64,000 nucleotides of DNA from Eledone cirrhosa (lineage: Eukaryota), in the NCBI GenBank assembly GCA_964016885.1, contig OZ024750.1, positions 1,922,001 through 1,986,000 of the forward strand. Reading direction: 5' to 3'. The notes under the pieces are model-generated. The model made no database searches and was not told the DNA's origin. It was given only the letters and a program-made list of their open reading frames with translations. Positions 25,511 to 39,557 of this stretch are shown here, one piece after another. The stretch's first letter is position 1. Each line of letters begins with the position of its first letter. The position numbers and the translations under genes are program-made.

Positions 25511-25751
25511 TCACAAAATAGTCCATCATCACAGTAAATACTGAACTCTGCATGGTGGAATCTCTTCTGAAGTGAATCTAAATTACCACAATCCTATCAA
25601 ATCACACACTTCAGGGCCATCGTTCCGTCCCATAACTTCATCAGATATTTTCTGGCCATAATGCACTGGGTAATTGCTGGCCTTGTGCCTAAAGTAGAAA
25701 CAATTATCGTAAAACATCAAAGACTTCCTAGCATGACTCATACACTATTCA

Positions 25752-25848
25752 CTTCCCTGACATTTGTATATTATTCTATGTACTATACATGCACCTTTGG
25801 TGAGTTGTAGTGCACCTGAGCACTATACACAATAATTTCATTATTTTT
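25752..25848 (+). mobile_element. CR1-group LINE 3' UTR fragment
   Basis: Matches 61710-61800 (acttccctgacatttgt...gttgtagtgcacctgagcact...aatttcattatt). Confidence 0.85.
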
Positions 25849-26814
25849 TTTTTTATGCATGGTAATATTAATGTCAGAATCCCTTGGTGGAATTAAACCT
25901 CATGCATGAGATAATGTAGCCCTAGATGGTCTGTCTGAATATAAAACGGCATGATCTTGACTGGAACGGCTAACTATGGATTAAACAGCAGCTTAAACAT
26001 CAAAATTATCAAGAGTAAAGGGTGGTCACAGATGGAATACCTTTGATTACAGGTCTGTTTATTATAGGCTGACCTAGGGTTAAATAAACAGAACAACTCT
26101 GTTGTAAACTTTCAAACCATTTGTTTTCTATCAAAATTGAGACACAACAAATCCAACTCCGAAAACTAACACTTTACCTGACACAAAGGTAGATTGTAAT
26201 GTCTTGTGTTGATTAATATTTATAAACAGGAAACAAACTTTAGACATCCCAACATTATATTACTGTGAACCCGATTAAAATTAGATTCGTTAATACTCTT
26301 ACTTTACTAATTCCTTTGGGAAAGGAATGGACATGACAATTTCCTGTTTTACATCTCAGAAATGTCGAAGACTTTGCCTACAGGAACTAGTTATTATTTT
26401 CAGTGATTGCAATACACTTTAAAAGGGTATTTACCAATCTTCTAGGCCTGATTATTTTGCCAAATTTGGGATTAACTAAAATGTAATCAGCTTCCGCAAA
26501 AAAAAAAAAAAAAAATAGACTGTGTAGTTAATCACGTGATGTGTAATTTTAGAAGTTTGTTTTCGTTCAATTAAAGTGATTACACTTGTTAAAGGGTGTA
26601 GTGCTGTATAATTAAATCAATTTTATCTTTAAAGTTTCTGGTGAAATTCTTAGAAGTGGTTACATTATCTGATCTATGACTTTATCTAAATGTTCCAATA
26701 CAAATACTAAGAAGGTGAGAACAAAGAAAAGAAAGTCTTTTAATCTAATTCAAAAAACAAGATATATTTCAGACAAGAAGACATACGGAATAATAGTTAT
26801 CTCTAATATTTATT

Positions 26815-27075
26815 TATAATTTAGGCTCAAGGCCAGCAAATTTGGAAGGAGGGGTGGCAAAGTTGATTAAATTAAATCAACCCCAGTATTTGACTGGTAC
26901 TTTATTTTATCAACCCAAGAAGATGTAATACAAAATTGACCTTCACAGGATTTGAACTCAGAATGCAGGAACAAATGCTGCAAAGCATTATATAATGAAA
27001 TTATTGTGTACAATGCTCAGGTGCACTACAACATTTTATCCGACACTCTAACGATTCTGCCAATCTATTGCCCCC
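26815..27075 (-). mobile_element. SINE family A containing a 40-bp CR1 3' end
   Basis: SINE body interrupted at about 26991-27032 by aatgaaattattgtgtacaatgctcaggtgcactacaac. Confidence 0.75.
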
Positions 27076-27869
27076 TATCGCACTCTTTCTATTAAATTCA
27101 TGGTGTTTTAATCATTTTCAGTTTAGTATATACACAAGAGGAGGTTATATAAAACTGAATATTTATTTTATATCTGATTTATTAACAGTCTGCGACAGTA
27201 TCGAGGGTACTAATGAAACTTGTTAAAAAAATTAACACAGCCTCTGATGTTGCATGATACTCTTAAAACTGAAGGCTCATCAGGTCACTGCTTATCCCAG
27301 TTTCTGTGGCGTTAAGCGACTGAGAATACAAGAAAGAAGCTATACCCATTTTCACAAGAGAAGACATCTCTCACCCTCCCAAAGTGGGTGGGAGATCTCC
27401 CCGTCAGACAGGAAGAGTTGACAGGTCTGTATATGTTATGTTACATAATCAAATGACAATATCTAAACTGTATTTAAAAAATACTCTACTATTAATTTAA
27501 TGTATTTGTTTCAATTCCTGATTAATAACCTATCTCACCCATTTGACACCAGATACCATCACTCCTCTATCATTAACTCGTATTTAAATCCATTGCTAAC
27601 ATCAGCCACTCCTAACAGAGAGTAGGAAGTCAACCATCTGCTAGTTAATAGCGCAGAAATATAAATACAATTAGATGAACTATAAAAACACATCAGATCC
27701 AAAAATCACTTGATCAACTCACACATTTTTATCCAATACAATCTAGAGCCCTCTCATTCATATTGAAGGAACACCTCCCTGGTTGACCTCCACCGCTTTC
27801 TATTTGATTATGGTCATGTCAGGATTGTAGCCGTACTCAGCACACCTGGCTAATTGCGTGTTGGTGAGA

Positions 27870-28145
27870 CATATAAGCGTTTCTAGGGCATTTTAAAACC
27901 TGCTGGAGCCCATCTCCTCCCCAGGTTTGAATACAGCAGATTTCTTCCAAAGACGGATAAAGAGAAGGAAATGGAAGTGAGAAAGAGATATAGAAGAATC
28001 GACCCTAGCAGTTGACTTATACTTGTTTATTGACCTCGAATAGATGAAAAGCAAAGTTGACTTCGGCAGGATTTGAACCAGAGAACCAAAACAAATACGG
28101 AAAATCATTATCTCCGATGTTCTAACGACTCTGCCAATTCGCCGA
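27870..28145 (-). mobile_element. SINE, family A head with an alternative longer tail
   Basis: Same head as family A but tail ttttaaaacctgctggagccc...ttgaatacagcagatttcttcca, shared with 50255-50525 (minus) and 63560-63780 (plus). Confidence 0.7.
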
Positions 28146-29625
28146 TAATATCATTATTCTCCACTTTTAAATCTCAAAGTTTTTTTATGGATAATATATT
28201 TCTTAAGTCTATTCATATTTCATGATCTTCCTGGTTTTATCTTCTATATGATTGAATTTCGTAACAACTGCCATTGTTGTTTTATTGCAGATTAAAATTA
28301 TGAGAATGCTGTTGTCTTTGTTTCCTTATTGTGTTTCGCAGACTTTAAAATGTTTGGACTTTGATATCAGTTTAATTCCAGTAAACTGGAAGCACTTTGG
28401 CTGGGGTAGCCAATAGTAGTTTGTTCCTAGAATGGAGTTTTTGTGTGTAGAGCTGAAATTATAATTTGCTATTAATATAGCTTTCATAAATAATCTTCTA
28501 GTTATTTTGGGTATTCTGTATAAGGTAGCTGTGTTATCTACTAATGTTTTATGTCAGATTTTGTATTTGTATTACATATTTTAATTTGTCACAATGATTT
28601 CTTGTTGCAGATACATAGTCGGTTGGCAAAAATATGTGATACTTATATAGCTAATATAACAGAGTTATGAATTTTAAAACTTTCATATTTATAGCTTAAT
28701 CTATAATTAGTTATTTGAAGTCCATTTAGGAAAGCCCCAAAGGCCATAATTTCATGTTTCTACAGCGCAGTTGGCTGCCCGCAAGTGCGAGCCCCACGAG
28801 GTAAAGTGGCTATTCCAGGTAGACTCCTTCGCCATCCTCCGGGACAATAATTTCTCCATCCTGTCGGTCGGGACTACGGAGCGGACTGACCCTTGAACAG
28901 TGAGTAGTATAAACAGATCACACATAAATACATTCAACCCTATTTCCGTCATTATTGTCCACAATGGTCCGCAAATAATAAATGAGAAAGGTATAGCGCT
29001 CTTATGAATTCTGCCTAAAACTTTTTTTAAAAAGATAGCATCAATCGCTACTAATATCATTAACAGAGTCTAGCTTTTGTACCGTTAGCAACAAAAATGG
29101 TTTTCAAATACTCACTAACTTTCAGACGAACCTTTACTTGCTTTCTTGCGGGAACAACTAAATCGTTAGAATATGTACTTGCAATGTCTTCTGATGAAAA
29201 TATATTACTTCAATAGATGAAGGAATCCAAATATATCACCCAAACTTCTGACAAACTATCAAGTCTTTTGACAAGGTTGTTTCATAGATTGTCTATAATG
29301 ACCAGAAAAGTTTGAGAAAGGGTTTATGTTTCAACAGATGTTAGATAATAATATAAATGATATCACTTGTGTCGTTTTTACTGTTTATTTTATGTTGGTA
29401 ATTGCTACAGTAAACAACATTGTTACTTTTCTACTCGATATCTCAAGAAATTGTTTACATAATTTAGATATGCTTCAGTACAGACCAACTATGCTAACTT
29501 GAAGCTGCTAGAGTGTTTGGTCTTACAATATGAACATTATTCCTATCTCTAATTCATCCACTGAAAACAACCCACGAACCCGTGCGTATTATACTGTCTT
29601 TTACCTATTGTTATCTAAAATAGAG

Positions 29626-29730
29626 AAGGCACATGGCTTAGTGGTTAGAGCATTGGGCTTGTAATCGGAAGGTTGTGAGTTCGATTCTCAGACCGGGCTG
29701 TGCGTTGTGTTCTTGAGCAAGACACGCTTA
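29626..29730 (+). mobile_element. tRNA-derived SINE head with CORE-like motif
   Basis: A-box tggcttagtggttagagc, B-box gagttcgattctc, then tgtgttcttgagcaagacac. Confidence 0.8.
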
Positions 29731-29732
29731 AC

Positions 29733-30710
29733 TAAAACACACAAAAATTACTACTTTATAAGATTACCCAAAACACACAAGAATTACTGTTTTACAATCT
29801 TACCTAAAACACACAAGAATGACTGCTTTACAAGCTTACCTAAAACACACAAGAATGACTGCTTTACAAGCTTACCTAAAACACACAAGAATGACTGCTT
29901 AACAAGCTTACCTAAAACACACAAGAATGACTGCTTTACAAGCTTACATAAAACACACAAGAATGACTGCTTTACAAGCTTACCTAAAACACACAAGAAT
30001 GACTGCTTTACAAGCTTACCTAAAACACACAAGAATGACTGCTTAACAAGCTTACCTAAAACACACAAGAATGACTGCTTTACAAGCTTACATAAAACAC
30101 ACAAGAATGACTGCTTTACAAGCTTACATAAAACACACAAGAATGACTGCTTTACAAGCTTACCTAAAACACACAAGAATGACTGCTTTACAAGCTTACA
30201 TAAAACACACAAGAATGACTGCTTTACAAGCTTACCTAAAACACACAAGAATGACTGCTTTACAAGCTTACCTAAAACACACAAGAATGACTGCTTAACA
30301 AGCTTACCTAAAACACACAAGAATGACTGCTTTACAAGCTTACATAAAACACACAAGAATGACTGCTTTACAAGCTTACATAAAACACACAAGAATGACT
30401 GCTTTACAAGCTTACCTAAAACACACAAGAATGACTGCTTTACAAGCTTACATAAAACACACAAGAATGACTGCTTTACAAGCTTACCTAAAACACACAA
30501 GAATGACTGCTTTACAAGCTTACCTAAAACACACAAGAATGACTGCTTAACAAGCTTACCTAAAACACACAAGAATGACTGCTTTACAAGCTTACATAAA
30601 ACACACAAGAATGACTGCTTTACAAGCTTACATAAAACACACAAGAATGACTGCTTTACAAGCTTACCTAAAACACACAAGAATGACTGTTTTACAAGCT
30701 TACATAAAAC
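29733..30710. repeat. 36-bp minisatellite, about 27 copies, with a 252-bp higher-order repeat
   Basis: Unit gactgctt(t/a)acaagcttac(c/a)taaaacacacaagaat; variant order AABC then (AABCCAC)x3. Confidence 0.97.
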
Positions 30711-30937
30711 GTGATAGGAATGAATGTATCTGAGATGAATGTCAATGTAGCAATGCAGACTGCTGGACATTGAACATAGTCAAAATTCCAACTTTGTCCG
30801 GCACCTAATAATTAACTGGTATTCCTTCTTCACAACAAGCTAAGGTTTTAAACAAATCATCGCTTCCACCTGTGTAAAGATCTATTAAATACAAGGTTAG
30901 GGTTAGGGTTAGACGAAGAGAACCCTACACATACCTG

Positions 30938-30968
<31 letters not shown>

Positions 30969-30972
30969 GGGG

Positions 30973-31069
30973 GGTTTCTACCGGATTAGAACTGTTTCAT
31001 TCGTATGAAATCATCAGTGATATACCGACGATTTCATACAAATGAAACAGTTCTAGTCCTGTAGAAATC
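30973..31069. repeat. Inverted repeat (about 45-bp arms) with a hammerhead-like core
   Basis: gtttctaccggattagaactgtttcattcgtatgaaatcatcagt / accgacgatttcatacaaatgaaacagttctagtcctgtagaaat. Confidence 0.85.
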
Positions 31070-31445
31070 ATTTCTATATATGTAATAAAGATGCCTAACA
31101 CTACCAACGTATTGAGTCCCTTTTTTAACTGTGGTTCCGCTCTAACACGGGAACCTACATATTATGTGTGTGGGGGGGGGGGGGTATATGTCGGTGTATG
31201 TGTGTATGTGTGTGAGTGTGTATGTGTGTAGGGGTGGGTGTGAGGGTATGAAGATCACGATGTGTGTCAGACTATGACTGTGGTTGGGGGGGGCGACTGT
31301 CTGGACATTGAGGTCCATGTGCAGAAGTGTGTCTGCACACGTACCGTGTAAGCAGTGACAGAGTGACCTGTAACATACATACATATACACACACATATAT
31401 ATATATATATTCGTATATGTGTACACACATATATATATATATATA

Positions 31446-31583
31446 TGCCAACTCGTTTTCGAGTACGGCCACTACTTTATATCCATGTAGGAGAACCCCC
31501 ACCGATGCGCTGAACGAGTGTGACTTTTTAGTCCAGCCAGCCACTTGAAAACTCTGGTACAAACACTACACTTGTGACAATTA
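31446..31583 (-). mobile_element. Inverted partial copy of the 3' end of the 610-bp element
   Basis: Reverse complement of about 32908-33045. Confidence 0.9.
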
Positions 31584-31591
31584 TATATATA

Positions 31592-31655
<64 letters not shown>

Positions 31656-31992
31656 TATATGTATATATATGTATATATATACATATATATATGTATATAT
31701 ATGTACATATATATATATATACATATATGTATATATATGTATATATATATATATACATATGTATATATATATGTATATATATATATATACATATATACAC
31801 ACACATATATATATATGTATATATGTATATATATATATATACATACATATATACATACATATATATATATATCCATATATATATATATACATATATATAT
31901 TCATACACATATTCACATACACACATATATATATATACATATATATATATACATATATATACATATACATATTCATATATATATATTCACAC

Positions 31993-32135
<143 letters not shown>

Positions 32136-32202
32136 TATATATATATACATATATATATCCATATATATATATATACATATATATATTCATACACATATTC
32201 AT

Positions 32203-32233
<31 letters not shown>

Positions 32234-32442
32234 CATATATATATTCATATATATACATATACATATTCATATATATATTCACACATATATACGTATATAT
32301 ATATATACACATATATATACATACACACACATATACATACATATATATATACATATATATATACATATATATACATATGTATACATACATATATATATAT
32401 ACATATATATATACATATACATATATATACATACATATGTAT

Positions 32443-33052
32443 GTCAGGTCACCAGTTGGTGGTACTTGTAACATGTATCCCAGTACAACCTGTCTCATGG
32501 TCGGATCGTTGGCGACTAAACTGGCAACCCCACCAAGGTTTCTTGGTGAGGAGGGTGACTTTGGACATCCTGCAGGACTAAAAACAAAGCCTGTCAAAGG
32601 GCTAAGGAGCTCTTAAGAGTCAACGGCCATCCAAAATCACCGGGAGAGATGACCCCTTAGCCTTTGTCAAGGCAGAATTCTAGGAGAAGGAAAACTCTGA
32701 TATAACACCTGCAACTCTGATGGTATCCAATGATGTTGACTTGTTCTTCTTTTTGGCAAATATCATCTTGGTTAAGAGAGTGGGATTGGCTTTGTGCAGT
32801 GCCTTTGCTCACTATAAAAGCTTCACGGCACAGGCATTGCTTTATATCTGGAGATCTCTCTGCACTTGTCATCACATGGTACCATGGGCCCAGCACTATG
32901 TGTCAATAATTGTCACAAGTGTAGTGTTTGTACCAGAGTTTTCAAGTGGCTGACTGGACTAAAAAGTCACATTCGTTCAGCGCATCGGTAGAGGTTCTCC
33001 TACATGGATATAAAGTAGTGGCCGTACTCGAAAACGAGTTGGCAGCCACCAT
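32443..33052 (+). mobile_element. 610-bp non-autonomous bipartite RTE-derived retroposon, copy 2
   Basis: Collinear with 7150-7759; zinc finger [22 protein letters not shown] at 32911-32991. Confidence 0.8.
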
Positions 33053-33195
33053 ATATTTATGTATGTATACATATACGAATATATATATGTATATGTGTGT
33101 GTATATGTATGTGTATATGTATGTATATATGTATGTGTATATATATATATATACATACATACATATATACATACAAACATACATATGCATATATA

Positions 33196-33265
<70 letters not shown>

Positions 33266-33909
33266 AATGTATATGCGCATATACTTATACACATATACAC
33301 ACACCTTTTGATATGCATTTACATATATATATTGCATAAATATATATATACTTACATACATATATATTTGTGTGTATATATATATGTATGTATATTTATC
33401 TATATATATTTATGTATATTTATGTATATATATTTATGTATGTACGTATATATATATGTGTGTGTGTGTATGTACGTATGTATGTATTTATGTATGTATA
33501 TATGTGTGTATGTACGTATTTATGCATGTATGTGTGTATGTATGCATGTGTGCGTGTGTGTGTGTGTATGTATGTAAGTATGTACGTATGTATGTACATA
33601 CCTATGTATGTATATAATTACCCTGCTGTTCTCTAGACTGTTAGTTCTGCTATTAAATTAACGATAGCTAAGACAGTTGTGAGGCCGAACTTTAACACGC
33701 AGTACCTCTACACTGCTCATAACTGCTGCTAGTCAGAAACATGTAATGAAAATATATAGCATTTCTTAAAAGAAATAACTACAAATCCTGATCAAACATT
33801 TCAATGTTTTAAACAATGCTGAAAGAAATTTTTTTTTTTTTAATTTGTTTTCGCTCTAACATGGTGGATACCTAAATGTATTCGTGAGTGAAAAATAATA
33901 TTATTATCA

Positions 33910-34092
33910 ATTGGCAGTACGGTTGAGGATCGGATGCCACGCTTTGACGCATGGAGTTACGGCCGTTGCCATTCTGAGTTCAAATCCCGCCGAGGTTAAC
34001 TTTGCCTTTCATCCTTACGGGGTTGATAAAATAAAGTACCAGTAATACACTGGGATAATTGCTGGCTGTGTACCAAAAGTTGAAACAACTAT
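33910..34092 (+). mobile_element. SINE family A
   Basis: Family A body, CpGs largely retained. Confidence 0.9.
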
Positions 34093-35442
34093 AATTACTG
34101 TATTAGTTGTGTAATACATTGATGGTAACTAGTAAGCAGTTTGTAAAGATTTAACGGCACTTGTTAGAGAAGGCCATATGTTTTATTTGGTTTATTGTAA
34201 ATCGACAATAAGGATGCCATTTGTAGGCAGGTAGAAGTACCACCAAAGTAGATACCATCTGTTAATTGTCGGTTTAGTTATTCAACTGATAATATCCCTC
34301 TACGATATTCCACATCGGCAACTAAGCAGATAATACAGAATTACAGAATTAGTTACAAGTTGCTGAGTATGCCAAACAATACGACAACCAGGCAGATGAA
34401 CAACCCAACCGAAACAAATGATTTCTGAATGAAGAAAACAAGATGAGTTATTAGAAACGAAACAACGAAACAAAACCTTAGAGACCATAAAATTGTAGGT
34501 ACAAAATTAATGAAGTATGAAGTAGTTTTAACAACGATAATAATGTGTGAGGCTAAGAGATAGGTAGAAAAGAGAAATAAAAGTGTAACAGGTGAGTTTA
34601 GAGAATATTTGTATCGGTGTTATTGTTTCATGAAGAAACACAACTTAGACATGGAGTTTAACATTTGAGCCCAGTTCTCACTTGAGCCTCGATCGCATAT
34701 TAGAAGCTTACAGTTAGAATTTTCGTATAGTAAATACAGAGTGTCTCCAAAAGATGTACACATACTTTGATTACCTGTACAGGCAATATTTATTAGAATG
34801 CACAGCGGTTGTGTATACATTTTTGGAGGACACCCTGTATATCCCAGTACTACGATTGCTATATTAGTTTTGTAAAGACCAAGATACACAGAAAATGGCT
34901 GGGGTGCATGGAAAAATAAAGTCCTGGAATTTCACAAATATGTTATCAGTGTTAAGACGGAAACTAATTATGAACTCAGGCAATTAGAAGAAGAAGAAGA
35001 AGAAGAAGAAGAAGAAGAAGAAGAAGAAGAAGAAGAAGAAGAAGAAGACATAGTTATAATTTATTTAATTACGTCACCAAACGTATGCACTTGGTACGAA
35101 TTAGATTGAGCACTTGAGCTATCTTCTATATACTACACGACATATACAGTGTTTGTAGTAATATTCTATTGTAGAATCCTAGGGGTAGATATCTTCTGTA
35201 ATACTCATCTATTTTTAAACAAGGGTTATATATAGACAGGGCGATTTTCAGGGTAGAACAAACCTGCATATGTCCCCTCCCTCCCCAGCAGAAATGAGAT
35301 CCTCTCAAAATTTAAGAGGGCTGCAAGGATTTTGGGTTAGGTTCTTCCGATATTCACTTACCCCTTCTTGGCTTTTCGTGTCACGGATCGATAGATCGAT
35401 TTAACCCCTTCCCTCTTATAGGCCATGTATGTATGCGCGTAT

Positions 35443-35544
<102 letters not shown>

Positions 35545-36886
35545 GAGAGGGAGAGGGAGAGAGAGATGGAGAGATAAAATGATAAGAAGGGTAAGAAAAG
35601 AGTAAACAGAGAGAGATGACCTGAGAGAAAGAGAAGAGGAGAGAGAGAGAGAATGTGTGGGGGTGAGAGAGAGAGTGTGTGTGTGTGAGGAAAACGCTGC
35701 GTGTGAGAGTGAAACTGGGTAAAGAGGTTTTATGCAAGAAAAATTAAAGAAAAACATGATTTTAAACTTTTTTTTCTTTTCTTCGGTGATTTAAGACGGA
35801 TTGATAAAATATTCTGAACGAAATAAAGACATAATCTGCTGATTTTCTTCGATTAGTCAAATAGTATGAGATTGTTATAGAGGATAGTGGAATTGGATAC
35901 TTATCACTTTGTGATTTTTCCAGGAGTATTACAAACCTGTCAACTCTTCCCGTCCGACGGGGAGATTTGCAATGGCCTTTGGAGTGGGTGAGAGATGTCT
36001 TCTCTTGTGAAAATGACTATAGCTTTCATTATGTAAAATCTCCCCATTTTGCCTCATTTCTCACCATTTTGGGACACTTTTTTTCATGGTACTCCCCGTT
36101 TGGGTTTTTAGAGGTTGGCAGGTCTGATATAACCCTTTCGTTACTCCTTCAGATAATACCTTAATGAGCTGAAAGTAGAAAGGCCAGATTGAATCATGTA
36201 GGTATTGATACGCCTATAAAAGCAGAATACCCCTTCGTAGAACACCTTTGATCTTAGGTCTGCTCTGTCAGGATTGATCTGGACTTAAACAACAACAACA
36301 ACAACAATTACTATTTCGTCGACCCGGGGGTGAGGGAGAGGGAATATATCGACAGTCAACCCAGGCAAAAAGTAAAACCAAAATCTAGACGGATGAAGGT
36401 AAATTCTTCCCGGCACGTAGCCCAGTGCTGTACACAGTTCCTTTATTCTAACAAATATGAACGTTTTATAAGGAGAAAAGAAAAAAATGAAAAATTCTTA
36501 CCGTGTGTATTTCTTATAATTAAAAGCGGCTCTGATAAAACACCTATTCCTTGGTCCCTGGTTAGTTTAATGTTATTGTTTCGCGTTGTTGTTTGTTTGT
36601 AATATTTAAAGTCTTTACAAGACCAAAATATGTGTGTGTGAATGATTACATGCAAGTTATGATATATCAGAGGATGATACTGATATGGGGAAATGACATG
36701 ACGTATGAAGTTACCTTAAATATTTCGTTTTTCTTTCTCATTAGTAATTCTATTAGGCAGGCAAGGTAAAGGCACTGCTGTAAACACCCTAGTTCTTCCT
36801 GCACCAAAGATTAAGAAAAAAAAGATAGTCACGTGGGTTTTATTGTTGCTTAGAATGACAGATGGTATTGCGTAAACACACACATG

Positions 36887-36926
<40 letters not shown>

Positions 36927-37045
36927 ATAAATGAAACAAACAAAACACAGGAGGCAATTTTACAGTTACATTAGGTTCATACAATTTTAACAGTGTGATA
37001 GGTCCTATCGTAAACAGCTAAATACCAGTGTAAATATATATATAC

Positions 37046-37096
<51 letters not shown>

Positions 37097-37132
37097 GCAG
37101 TCGATTTCTTCCTCGTCTTTGCGTAATTTTCA

Positions 37133-37318
37133 TAATTGTTTCTACTTTTGGCACAAGGCCAGCAAATACCCTGTCTATTACTGGTACTTTATTTTATCGA
37201 CCCCGTAAGGATGAAAGGCAAAGTTAACCTCGGCGGGATTTGAACTCAGAATGGCAAAGGCCGTAACTCTTTGCTGCAAAGCATGGCGTCCGACCCTCTA
37301 CCGATACTGCCAATCCAA
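37133..37318 (-). mobile_element. SINE family A
   Basis: Near-consensus reverse complement. Confidence 0.9.
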
Positions 37319-37376
37319 ATGAAAGCAAGGTAACATCTGTCAAACCATACTTGATCGCGATTGACTTATAGTCATC

Positions 37377-37450
<74 letters not shown>

Positions 37451-37936
37451 TGAAGTGGGGTATCAGCCGCCCTCTGATAGGTTTGTGGTTGAGCCTGTGG
37501 TACTGAAGACTTTCGGCGTTCTTGGCCCCAGACCACATCCTTTCTCATTGATAAAGTAACAGAGTTGGCTTGAGTGGCTGTTGTACCAACCGACCACTCT
37601 CACCATCCTCAATGTCTTCTCCATCCTGTCGGCCGGGACCACGAAGCGGTCAGTCCTGCTTCTTTACTAATAGATAAATACACTCTATAAACATACTATA
37701 CATTGAAGATATAAAGTTTGTATTCTAACTCAGTTTCCTAAATAATACAAGAGCCATTTGTTAGTTACGAAAAATAAAGATATGGTTAGACGTCTTAAAA
37801 CCTTCTGCGTTTTTGTTTTCGATTTTTTGTTGTTGTTGTTGTTTTCAGTTAATTTAGAGGTATTTAGTAATATAACCAACTTTCTCTTTAGTAAGCTGGT
37901 GTTTGGAGCATAACAAATGTTATGGCATAAAATAAT

Positions 37937-38122
37937 TGTTTCTACTTTTTGGCTCAAGGCCATCAATTACCCCAGTACATTACTGGTACTTTATTTTATC
38001 GACCCCGTAAGGATGAAAGCCAAAGTTAACCTCGGCGGGATTTGAACTCAGACCGCAAAGGAACGTAACTATGCTGGGAAGCATTGCGTCCGACCCTCTA
38101 CCGATACTGCCAATCCACCGCC
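37937..38122 (-). mobile_element. SINE family A, full length
   Basis: 17-bp TSD ttatggcataaaataat (37920-37936 and 38123-38139). Confidence 0.9.
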
Positions 38123-38362
38123 TTATGGCATAAAATAATGATAACATATTTTTTTTATCCGAATCGATAAAATCCCAGACGTCATTTAGCAACTGCGTGA
38201 GATGGAACTCCTCAGATTGGACCAAGGAAACAATGTTTCCAATTGTTTATACAATATACCGGTCACAACTCCTGGTAGAATACATAAATACAGGTTGTCC
38301 CAAAAAATGTATACACCATTCTAATAAATATTACCTCTTCAGGTAATCAAAGTGTGTATACA

Positions 38363-38394
<32 letters not shown>

Positions 38395-38987
38395 GGGCTG
38401 AAAAACCGGAGGAGGAAAGGTATGAAACTGTTGTGAAGCTTCTCCATTCTAATAAATAAACAAGTGATTAAGGTGTGGCATCTGTGAATCTTGCTTAAAA
38501 TAACTTTACTTGTCAAATAATCTTGTTTGTTTTTTAGATCTACTTGATTCTAATGGTCTAATGTGTTCAACATGTGTATATTTGACAACCCTCATCAGGA
38601 CAACCAAGAAGATTCGAAGAGGTTGCTCACACTGCTAGATATAGCAACCAAATCTTCCTTATATTACATCTTAACATGTTTTAGAATTAAAAAAAAAAAA
38701 GAAAATTAGAAAGAGATTGAATAGTGTAGTCCTAGATACACCATGCCTGACGAAAGGGGCGGGGGAAGAAAGACAACAAGGTAGAAGATTGTGGTGAAAG
38801 TTCTCTTCATCAACTTAATCAAGGATCAGCTAGGGCTAAACAACAGAGAGATAGAGAGAGGAGGAGGAGGGGGAGAGGGGGGGGAGAGTGAGAGAGAGAG
38901 GTTTGCATGTTGGTATGTGTGCATGTATATGTAATATATATATGTATGTATCTATGTATGTTTGTATGCAGGTATGTATGCATGCCT

Positions 38988-39037
<50 letters not shown>

Positions 39038-39215
39038 CTGTACAACATGTGCTGCAGTTGTAAACCCTAAAGTCTCTCTTCACATCCTATCAGACTGATA
39101 AGATGGCGGCGGTGTAAGCGGAACAGAGGACTTAGCTTGAAGCTGACGAAAGCCAACTCCCTTCTCGTGATTACAACTTCCCTTTACCCGGTTATCTAGT
39201 TGGGCATGTAAAGGT

Positions 39216-39254
<39 letters not shown>

Positions 39255-39308
39255 CGTTTCTGAATTTGTTTAGCAAGATTCTTTATCTGAAATCGTGTGT
39301 TGAAACCG

Positions 39309-39402
39309 ATATTGTTATACTTTGGGAGGGTCATGTTGCCAATAAGAAACACACGCACTGGTGCGTGTGTTTCTTATTGGCAACATGACCCTCCCAAAGT
39401 AT

Positions 39403-39410
<8 letters not shown>
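39309..39410. repeat. Perfect palindrome, 50-bp arms, 2-nt spacer
   Basis: atattgttatac...acacgcac-tg-gtgcgtgt...gtataacaatat with no mismatches. Confidence 0.97.
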
Positions 39411-39453
<43 letters not shown>

Positions 39454-39509
39454 TATATATATATTGCGTCTTATGTGTGGCTCTGTATATATATATATAT
39501 ATATACAAA

Positions 39510-39557
<48 letters not shown>

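Noticed and set aside
28200-29350. Penelope endonuclease or hAT transposase remnants
   Set aside because: Only faint motif resemblance and inconsistent motif order; not supportable without a search.
29626-29700. tRNA gene
   Set aside because: A and B boxes are present but the acceptor stem is poor and a CORE-like SINE motif follows. The 57840-57915 head is likewise treated as SINE-derived.
29707-30770. 335-aa and 328-aa repeat proteins
   Set aside because: Open on both strands only because the 36-bp unit lacks stops; the plus ORF starts inside a SINE.
30895-30912. Interstitial telomeric sequence
   Set aside because: Fewer than three full TTAGGG units; too short to interpret.
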